Shown: positions 6,396 to 13,841 of the stretch, piece after piece
How the letters are laid out: every line of letters begins with the position of its first letter
Position numbering within the stretch: position 1 is the stretch's first letter
Source of the DNA: Desulfobulbaceae bacterium
GTDB lineage: Bacteria > Desulfobacterota > Desulfobulbia > Desulfobulbales > Desulfobulbaceae
Length of the DNA stretch: 24,000 nucleotides
Assembly (NCBI GenBank): GCA_023544645.1
Contig: JAMJFO010000006.1
Span: forward strand, 23,036 to 47,035
Reading direction: 5' to 3'
Translations under genes and position numbers: made by a program
The notes under the pieces: model-generated
Database searches by the model: none
What the model was told of the DNA's origin: nothing
Seen by the model: only the letters and a program-made list of their open reading frames with translations

Positions 6396-8194
6396 TTTAC
6401 TTTTTCCAGGGCGAACTGGCAGGCCATGCGTATATCCGGCCGCAGACTCCTGACCCCCTTTTGCAGTACTGCCAATGCCTCTTCGGTCCCCAGAATCTTC
6501 AGGGCAATGGCTGAACCTTTTTTATGCACGGAGTTTATATTGCTGAACATTTGCGTCAATTTGCTCTCCATCAGGATCTGCTGCAACAGCTTGACCGACC
6601 GGAACGAGCCGCATTGGGAGAGCGCCTTATAATATTCGAACATGTGTGCATGCTCAATGCCTTCCGTCACAGCCTGTTCAAGATAACGCAGCAGCAGGGC
6701 CTCCGCCTCCTCGGGCTGGGCCCGGGAAAGAAGAATGGTCAGCAGCCTGCCGACGATGACATCATCTTCATCGTTCAACAGGTGATACAAGGCAGCAAAA
6801 TCAGGGGTTGACGCATGGGTGAGATATCCGCTGAGCCCGGCTCTCCTGACTTCCACTGAAGCGTGCCGGGTCATCTGCAGGCTGATTTTTTCCCCGGCCA
6901 TGCTGCCGAGATCCTCAACGACCGGGAACAGCAGGAGATTGATGTTTTCATCCGACTGCGCAAGAAGGGTATTGAATGCGTCGGGATCTTTTCTGGCCTT
7001 GCCGGCTATAAGTTCATACAGCTCGTTGCGGACATCAATATTGTCCGTACCGATGCTGCCCATCAGAGGACCGAGGGTGAAGATGATATCCGGAGTAAGC
7101 ATCCGGACAACATGCCAGAGAAATTTCTGATGCTCCTTGAAAAGAGTGGTCACCAGGAGCGGATTGTTGACCCAGGAGAGTTCCGTCCAATGTTCCGGCA
7201 GAGACAGCGAAGTGATAAAACTGTCCACCAGGTCCAGGGTCCACGGCCTGATCGCCTTGATCCGGTTCCTGATAGTCAGCACATTACTGCAGAGTTTATA
7301 GGCTAGGTGAAAATTCCCCTTGTTCAGGGTATCAAAAAAAACGGCCTCCAGGAACTTCAGAACCTGGGTGAAATGCAATTTGTTTTTCTGAGAGATGAGG
7401 ATAATGAGCAGGATCTCAATGATATCATTGGTATAGTCCGTCCGCTCCTCTTCTTCCACATAGGAGCGGAGGATTGCCTCCTCCTCAGGGGTTATCGCAA
7501 GAATTTTCAGCGCCTGTTCCATCCGCAGGAGATTGGTGACTGTTTCGCTCCGGGCAGGGGACTGGTCCTGGGCGGCAGTTGCTTCCGTTCCGGTTGTTTC
7601 GGCAATGGTGTTGACGGTTTTCGTCCTGGAATTGTCCGGCCCTGGTGCATCAGGCCTGTCGACGGCTGCGGCGGCAGACTCATCAGGCGCGGCCTTGAGC
7701 GATGCCAGATCAAAATTAAATCCCTCCAGGGCAAAAAGATCAACCTCCTCATACTCAAGATGCTGAAAATCGGCCTGCCAGAGAGAGGTGACTATATCGC
7801 CGCCCGATTCGTCCCCGGCGCTTCTGTGGCGATTGAGTATCCTGAACAACTGTGCTATCTCGACCGTGTCGATCCCCTGAAAAAAATCGAGACGAATGAC
7901 CCCGTCCCGGGTAAGAAGATAGGCTGGATTATTTTCTTCCGGCGGCCCGGCAAAAATTTTCTCCCCTTCATAGATCAGACTATTTTTTTCAATACCAAGG
8001 GACAGCTCTCCGTAGCTCGCAAGAAATGCTGCCAGCTGATTGGCGAATTTTTCGAGATTTGTCCGGCTGAAGACATGGTCTTCCGGATACAGCGAGTAGG
8101 ACTTGAAGGCGGCAGTGAAGGCCTGGATGGTTTTCAGGACAGCCTGCAGCTCTTCATCCTGCCCTGGTCTCTGTTTCACACTGGCTGAGGTCAC
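6392..8194 (-). CDS. Hypothetical protein with C-terminal HEAT/PBS-lyase-like repeats, co-transcribed with the HD-GYP gene
   Basis: 600-aa ORF with a GTG start at 8194-8192, preceded by GGCGGTGA 7 nt upstream. The central Ala/Pro/Thr-rich segment is probably disordered. The C-terminus has repeats of the form ...VEVRRAGLSGYL...LLNDEDDVIVGRLL... and ...GSAIALKILGTEEALAVLQKGVRSLRPDIRMACQFAL. The N-terminal ~110 aa resemble the N-terminus of the downstream HD-GYP protein. Confidence 0.75.
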   Translation of the reverse strand: MTSASVKQRPGQDEELQAVLKTIQAFTAAFKSYSLYPEDHVFSRTNLEKFANQLAAFLASYGELSLGIEKNSLIYEGEKIFAGPPEENNPAYLLTRDGVIRLDFFQGIDTVEIAQLFRILNRHRSAGDESGGDIVTSLWQADFQHLEYEEVDLFALEGFNFDLASLKAAPDESAAAAVDRPDAPGPDNSRTKTVNTIAETTGTEATAAQDQSPARSETVTNLLRMEQALKILAITPEEEAILRSYVEEEERTDYTNDIIEILLIILISQKNKLHFTQVLKFLEAVFFDTLNKGNFHLAYKLCSNVLTIRNRIKAIRPWTLDLVDSFITSLSLPEHWTELSWVNNPLLVTTLFKEHQKFLWHVVRMLTPDIIFTLGPLMGSIGTDNIDVRNELYELIAGKARKDPDAFNTLLAQSDENINLLLFPVVEDLGSMAGEKISLQMTRHASVEVRRAGLSGYLTHASTPDFAALYHLLNDEDDVIVGRLLTILLSRAQPEEAEALLLRYLEQAVTEGIEHAHMFEYYKALSQCGSFRSVKLLQQILMESKLTQMFSNINSVHKKGSAIALKILGTEEALAVLQKGVRSLRPDIRMACQFALEKVK

Positions 8195-8353
8195 TTCAAT
8201 TCACCGCCCTTGATTTTCACTATGTCCATCCATTGTTTCATCTCATAAATACAGTTTTTACTTTATACTATTTTTTCAAAAAAACGAAGAAGCTTGTACT
8301 GCAAGGAACCCACAGCACCGGCAACCGCCATTGGCGGAAAAATAATTCTCATC

Positions 8354-8382
8354 TTCCCGACACACCTCGTTTGCTGTACAAT
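8354..8382 (+). promoter_or_regulatory. Candidate sigma70 promoter for the 1417-aa gene
   Basis: TTCCCG (8354-8359), a 17-nt spacer, then TACAAT (8377-8382), about 54 nt upstream of the ATG at 8436. The -35 is weak. Sequence match only. Confidence 0.3.
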
Positions 8383-8435
8383 GGAGATGGAATTTTTCAA
8401 CGTACAACGTAACATCCTTTTCATTCTGTGAATGT

Positions 8436-11400
8436 ATGCCCATGAAGACGTTTCGCAACAGCGAACAGATACAATCAGACGCCCTGCGAGCCAATCTTGC
8501 GGAAACCGCCGGCGAGGTGGTGGTTGATCCGGCGTTTCAGCCATGCCAGGAGGTTGTGGCAAATTATCAGGGTCTTTCGGCCAAGCTTGATCACCTGTTG
8601 CAGGAAATCCACCACCCCTTTCGCAACTGGAATTTTATCATCCCGGAACTCCGCGCCTTTGTCCTGAAAAATCTGAACCATTACCTGCGGCACCAGAAAG
8701 GGGCGGTGTGTTTTTCCCTCTTTTGCGGGATCTTTCTCGATGCCCTGGCCGACGGCCGCAAAAACGGCAAACTGGTAGCCATGGTGATAGAGGCCATGCT
8801 TGCCTATACAGATAAACTCATCAACTCCATCGACCAGGACGGCCTCAACAGTTACCAGCAGGAGTTCAATACATTTTTCAAAAAGCTGACCGTTCTCGAC
8901 GAGATTGACGGCCAGGTCATGATGTACATGGTCCAGGGGCATCACCCCATGAAAAAAATGGCCCTCAGACTGGTATCGTTCAGCGACGGCGATTCGCCTC
9001 TGACCTATGATTTTGAGCCCCCTGCCCGTCTGATGAAGAAAATCCTGTCGCTCAATTACCAATACTGGCTGAGCGAAGATGATCCTCTGCCCTGGTTCAT
9101 GGAAAAGTGCGGCGAGTTCTGCGAGGACTGGCAGGCCAGCAAATCATTCGCCGCCATATCCCATGAACAGCTGCACCGCTACCAAACGGAGCTCGACAGC
9201 ATCAAGATCGACGATGATCCCCTTGCCGCACTCCGCAGAATCCTGAAACTCCCGAACCACATGGACATTGTCCGCCTGTACCGGGAAATACCCAACAAGC
9301 TGGCCCTGGAAAGCGAAGGCTACTCCCCGTTCATTGAAAACCGGAAACTGCTTTTCCTCTTCCGGATCATGGATACATCAGGTCTCCACCTGATCCACGA
9401 GGAAACGCTGCGGGAAATAAACCGGAGTCTTGTCCAGCTCATCCGCAAGCAGTCCTTTGAACAGATCGAACAGTTTTTTGTCACCACCTTCCAGCTGCTC
9501 AAGGCCAATGTCCGGCGTTATCCCCATACCTCTCTGCAGTGTATCCAGGTCATCGGCGGCGAGGTTTTCAAACGGGGCAATTCACGCCTTGTCGAAGCTT
9601 TTTTATGGGAAACCGTCCGTTTCGGCTTTCAATACGCCAATGTCATGGGTGTTGATGAAGACTGGCAGCCCATAACCAATCCGGCCCACCTGGCAAACAT
9701 CCGGGTCTGGCTCAACCTGATCATGCAGGAGCCCAAATGGTGTTCAACCCTGTTTTCCGCCCTGATCATCAACCTGAAGCTTTCCGGAACCTGTGTCAAA
9801 GATACAGATCTTTTTCAACGTGATATCACCGAATTACTAAATCATCCCATCGAGCCTATCTATAACCTGGCCAAACAGTTCACCAAGCTGATGCCGGTTT
9901 TTTTCAACGAGATCGGCGCGGAGGGCGAACTGCGTGATGTTTCCACCGAGCTGGATGAACTGCATAACCGTCGGGACGTCATTATCCATTTTCTGCGCAA
10001 GCAGAGCCATGTCGAATCGAGCAATCTTATCGTCGACTTTATCGAGGCGATTTTTACATTCTGGCTCAACTGCGATAAGGAGGCTCTCCGCCCCTTTCTT
10101 CCGGACGAGATATATCGGCAGCTGCAATCAACCGGCCCCTTTATTGATGAACAGCATATCCTGACCAACCGTATCCGCAATGATCTCAAGTTTCGCAAGA
10201 CAAAACATATCCTGCAATGGAAAGCTGAAGATCGCGAGACCTATCTTGAACGTCAACAGGATATTTCCCCGGTGGAGCGGCGCCGTTTTGAACTGCTGGT
10301 CAGGATGTTCAAACTCCTGCACCACAAGTACAATCTCGGCCTGCAGGAACTGCGCAACGAGCTGCACCAGGCAAGTCAGAGTGGTTTCCCCGAACTGGAG
10401 CATCTTCTGGAAATTCTTGACGACTGTGATACCTATACCTGCCTGGGGGCGGTGGTGGACCATCTTGAGCAGTTGAAGGAGATCATCCTCAGCCCGGAAA
10501 AATTCCCCCCCAGAGAGGAGATCTATCACAAACGTCATATCGCCGTTGACATCCCCTCGGTATACGGGCGCTACAGTGAACGGAAATTCGACGCCTTGGG
10601 TCTCACCTTCCGCCTGGAAAACCTGGCCAACATCTATCTGGAACGGCTGTCGGACACCATCAACCTGACCTTCATCACCCAGGCGACCTTTATCCGGATC
10701 ACCCGGTGCCTGAAGCTTTATATCCGGGCGCTCAACGTGGACGGCATAAGCAGCAGAAAACTGGATACCTACGTCAGCTTTCTGGCTTCATCCATCGGGA
10801 TCAAACGGTTTTCCTATACGCAGTACCTTGATATTTTCCGCGGCATGTCCGAAAGTATCAAGGATATAATCTACGCCTATTACACCAATGTCCACCAGAA
10901 CAACCTGTCAATCATCATTCCCCAGATCGGCGAGGAAAATCTGCTAACCAAGTACCGCCCCCACTGGGATGAACAGGAACTGTCGGTCACCATCCACAGG
11001 CTGTCGGAAACATTTTTCCGCGACCTCATCGCCACCACTTTCGGCCTCCAGCACCTGGATAACTTCATCACCAGGATCATGCAGACCCTGGAGGCGCAGA
11101 AGGACATCCTCGACGAAAACGATGTCGACCTGCTGATGACTTATAATCCCGAAATGACCATCAGCTCTCTGTACGACGAAAACCTGCGCACCCACAATCT
11201 CATCCATCTGGGCAACAAGGGATTCAATCTCATGGTAATGGCCGGTGACGGCAAACCTGTGCCCCCGGCCTTTGTCATCACCACGGAAATATTCCGCTGC
11301 TGGTCGGCGGTGCGGCGTTTCGGCCGGGCCAGGGATGAATTCATGCAGCGGGTCCGCAATTCAATCAACGGCCTGGAAAAGCTCACCGGCATGATATTCG

Positions 11401-12689
11401 GTGCGCCCGAAAATCCACTGCTGCTTTCGGTCCGTTCCGGATCCGCCATGTCCATGCCGGGCATGATGTCCACCATCCATAACGTCGGCCTGAATGAGGA
11501 TCTGGTCAACGAATATGTCCAGAAAACGGGCCGGGGGTACTTTGCCTGGGACAATTACCGGCGCTTCCTCCAGTCCTGGGCAATGGCCCAGGGCGTTGAC
11601 CGCGAGGAATTCCAGGAATTGATGAATGCCCATAAGCAGCGCTACAACGTTTATCTGAAAAGGGAATTTTCCCCTTTCGAGATGCAGGAACTGGCCCTGG
11701 AGTATAAAAAACTGGTCGATGCAAAGAGCCTGATCGTGCCTGATGACCCGTGGCTCCAACTCATCGGGGCCGTCGAGATGGTCCTGGATTCATGGCACAC
11801 AACCAAGGCCCACGAATACCGGCAGCTCATGGGCCTGTCCGAGGATTGGGGCACGGCAGTGATCGTCCAGGCCATGGTCTACGGCAACCTGGGCCAGAAC
11901 TCGGGCAGCGGGGTTCTCTTTACCGCCCACCCCTACCGCAAGGTCCGCCGGGTGGCGCTCTGGGGTGATTATGCCTCCGGCGATCAAGGGGAGGATATTG
12001 TTTCCGGCCTGGTTACCAGCCAGCCGATATCGGTGGAGCAGGCCCAGATCGATGGCCGGTCAGAGGAAAACAGTCTGGAAAAAAGGTTTCCCGATATTTA
12101 TGAAAAGCTCCTGGAAATCTCCCGGGACCTGGTCTACAATAAAGGATGGAATCCCCAGGAGATAGAGTTCACCTTTGAAGGGCCGGAAGCGGAAAAACTC
12201 TATATCCTCCAGACCAGGGACATGATAACCATCAAGGCCATGGAACGCTTCAATGTCTTTGCCGACAACGGCGCGGTGCAGCCATTCAAACTCGGCAAGG
12301 GGATCGGAGTGAGCGGCAGCGCCCTGAGCGGCAGGGCGGTATTTTCAGAAAGCAATATCAAGCAGTTGCGCCGGGACGATCCGGAAACATCGCTCATCCT
12401 CATCCGACAGGATACCGTCCCCGAGGATATCCGGGAAATATCCATGGCCGACGGACTGCTGACCTCCCGCGGCGGGCAGACTTCCCATGCCGCGGTCGTG
12501 GCCACCCGCCTGGAGAAAACCTGCGTGGTCGGCTGCCGGGATCTGCAGGTCTACGAATCCGAGGAATACGCGGAGATCGAGGGGCACCGCATAATGTTCG
12601 GCGATCCCATTTCCATTGACGGACGATCAGGGACACTCATCAGGGGCATGCACCCGGTCCGGGAAGAGGTTCACATCCTCCCGCTGTGA
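8436..12689 (+). CDS. PPDK/PEP-synthase-like phosphotransferase: ~915-aa unassigned N-terminal region, ATP-grasp nucleotide-binding domain and phosphohistidine swivel domain; no PEP/pyruvate TIM barrel
   Basis: 1417-aa ORF. From about aa 920 it follows the pyruvate phosphate dikinase N-terminal half. Matching motifs are LGNKGFNLMVMAGDGKPVPPAFVITTE, LLLSVRSGSAMSMPGMMSTIHNVGLN, GTAVIVQAMVYGNLGQNSGSGVLFTAHP, GEDIVSG, LYILQTR and LTSRGGQTSHAAVVATR. The catalytic-type His is H1351 (nt 12486-12488). The ORF ends 66 aa after that His. Confidence 0.9.
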   Translation: MPMKTFRNSEQIQSDALRANLAETAGEVVVDPAFQPCQEVVANYQGLSAKLDHLLQEIHHPFRNWNFIIPELRAFVLKNLNHYLRHQKGAVCFSLFCGIFLDALADGRKNGKLVAMVIEAMLAYTDKLINSIDQDGLNSYQQEFNTFFKKLTVLDEIDGQVMMYMVQGHHPMKKMALRLVSFSDGDSPLTYDFEPPARLMKKILSLNYQYWLSEDDPLPWFMEKCGEFCEDWQASKSFAAISHEQLHRYQTELDSIKIDDDPLAALRRILKLPNHMDIVRLYREIPNKLALESEGYSPFIENRKLLFLFRIMDTSGLHLIHEETLREINRSLVQLIRKQSFEQIEQFFVTTFQLLKANVRRYPHTSLQCIQVIGGEVFKRGNSRLVEAFLWETVRFGFQYANVMGVDEDWQPITNPAHLANIRVWLNLIMQEPKWCSTLFSALIINLKLSGTCVKDTDLFQRDITELLNHPIEPIYNLAKQFTKLMPVFFNEIGAEGELRDVSTELDELHNRRDVIIHFLRKQSHVESSNLIVDFIEAIFTFWLNCDKEALRPFLPDEIYRQLQSTGPFIDEQHILTNRIRNDLKFRKTKHILQWKAEDRETYLERQQDISPVERRRFELLVRMFKLLHHKYNLGLQELRNELHQASQSGFPELEHLLEILDDCDTYTCLGAVVDHLEQLKEIILSPEKFPPREEIYHKRHIAVDIPSVYGRYSERKFDALGLTFRLENLANIYLERLSDTINLTFITQATFIRITRCLKLYIRALNVDGISSRKLDTYVSFLASSIGIKRFSYTQYLDIFRGMSESIKDIIYAYYTNVHQNNLSIIIPQIGEENLLTKYRPHWDEQELSVTIHRLSETFFRDLIATTFGLQHLDNFITRIMQTLEAQKDILDENDVDLLMTYNPEMTISSLYDENLRTHNLIHLGNKGFNLMVMAGDGKPVPPAFVITTEIFRCWSAVRRFGRARDEFMQRVRNSINGLEKLTGMIFGAPENPLLLSVRSGSAMSMPGMMSTIHNVGLNEDLVNEYVQKTGRGYFAWDNYRRFLQSWAMAQGVDREEFQELMNAHKQRYNVYLKREFSPFEMQELALEYKKLVDAKSLIVPDDPWLQLIGAVEMVLDSWHTTKAHEYRQLMGLSEDWGTAVIVQAMVYGNLGQNSGSGVLFTAHPYRKVRRVALWGDYASGDQGEDIVSGLVTSQPISVEQAQIDGRSEENSLEKRFPDIYEKLLEISRDLVYNKGWNPQEIEFTFEGPEAEKLYILQTRDMITIKAMERFNVFADNGAVQPFKLGKGIGVSGSALSGRAVFSESNIKQLRRDDPETSLILIRQDTVPEDIREISMADGLLTSRGGQTSHAAVVATRLEKTCVVGCRDLQVYESEEYAEIEGHRIMFGDPISIDGRSGTLIRGMHPVREEVHILPL

Positions 12690-12698
12690 TCCCTGGAT

Positions 12699-13790
12699 TC
12701 AGGCAGGGGATATAATGTTCGCCTCGCCGGTTGCCTTGATTTTCAGCTGCTCGGCAAAATCAAGCATCCGCTTGACTGAAACCATCGCCTGCCGGCCCAC
12801 GGCCGGATCAACATGCACCTCATTCTCCCCGGTTTCCAGGGTATAGGCCAGCTCAACCAGCCCGTTCATGGCCATCCAGGGACAATGGGCGCAGCTCAGA
12901 CAGGATGCCCCGATGCCGCCCACGGGGGCCTCGATAAATTTCTTCCCCGGCGCCGCCTCTTTCATTTTGTGGAAAATGCCGTGATCCGTGGCCACGATGA
13001 ACAGGTCATTGGGCAACTCGGTCACTGCTTTGATCAACTGGGTGGTTGACCCGACGACATCGGCCTGCTGGATGACCTCCATGGGCGATTCCGGATGGAC
13101 CAGCACCCCCGCCTCCGGATGCCTGCGACGCAGGGCTTCCAGCTCTTCAGCCTTGAAGGCATCATGGACTACGCAGTAACCGGGCCACAGGAGCATATCC
13201 GCCCCGGTGACCTTCTGGATATAGCCGCCAAGGTAGCGGTCCGGCGCCCAGAGAATCTTTTCTCCCTTTTCATGGAGATGCCGGACAACCTTGACGCCGA
13301 TGCTCGAAGTCACAACCCAGTCGGCACGGGCCTTCACTTCGGCGCTGGTATTGGCATAGACCACAACTGTCCGGTCCGGATGGGCGTCGCAGAATGCGCT
13401 GAAAACCGCGGCCTCGCAGCTCAAGTCCAGGGAGCACTCGGCAGCCAGGGAGGGCATGAGCACCCGTTTTTCCGGATTGAGGATCTTGGCGGTTTCCCCC
13501 ATGAACCGAACCCCGGCAACAACGATGGTTCCGGCGGGATGGGAGTGGCCGAAGCGAGCCATTTCCAGGGAGTCGGAGACGCAGCCGCCGGTCTCGTCCG
13601 CCAGGATCTGGAGGTCTTCATCGGTGTAATAGTGCGCGACCAGCACCGCGTTCTTTTCCTTGAGCAGCTCCTTGATGCGTTTGATCAACTTCTCCTTTTC
13701 CGGGCCGGCAACCGCCAGGGCGGGTGTGGCTCGGGCCGCAAGTTCGTTGATCCGGGTTTCATCCACAGTTATATTGTCAATGGTTTTCAT
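12699..13790 (-). CDS. nadA: Quinolinate synthase NadA
   Basis: 363-aa ORF that is near-collinear with E. coli-type NadA. Shared motifs are KERNAV-like [82 protein letters not shown] and [15 protein letters not shown]. Confidence 0.95.
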   Translation of the reverse strand: MKTIDNITVDETRINELAARATPALAVAGPEKEKLIKRIKELLKEKNAVLVAHYYTDEDLQILADETGGCVSDSLEMARFGHSHPAGTIVVAGVRFMGETAKILNPEKRVLMPSLAAECSLDLSCEAAVFSAFCDAHPDRTVVVYANTSAEVKARADWVVTSSIGVKVVRHLHEKGEKILWAPDRYLGGYIQKVTGADMLLWPGYCVVHDAFKAEELEALRRRHPEAGVLVHPESPMEVIQQADVVGSTTQLIKAVTELPNDLFIVATDHGIFHKMKEAAPGKKFIEAPVGGIGASCLSCAHCPWMAMNGLVELAYTLETGENEVHVDPAVGRQAMVSVKRMLDFAEQLKIKATGEANIISPA

Positions 13791-13841
13791 GGTATGCCGC
13801 CGGGTAATGGTTTGTAAAAATCATCCGTCCATGACATAGAA

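Noticed and set aside
7307-8188. 293-aa plus-strand ORF antisense to the HEAT-repeat gene
   Set aside because: It is entirely antisense to a better-supported ORF. The composition is Gly/Arg/Leu-rich with no motifs or RBS, which is typical of a shadow ORF.
8322-8334. Small palindrome CCGCCATTGGCGG in the divergent spacer
   Set aside because: It is a 5-bp stem with a 3-nt loop, has no U tract and is not repeated. A palindrome this short is not distinctive and proves nothing. It could be an operator, but there is no supporting evidence.
13095-13817. 240-aa plus-strand ORF antisense to nadA, and similar antisense ORFs at 1906-2706, 8475-9062, 14391-14963, 15255-15878 and 15879-16550
   Set aside because: Each lies wholly inside a confidently identified gene on the other strand and shows shadow-ORF composition.
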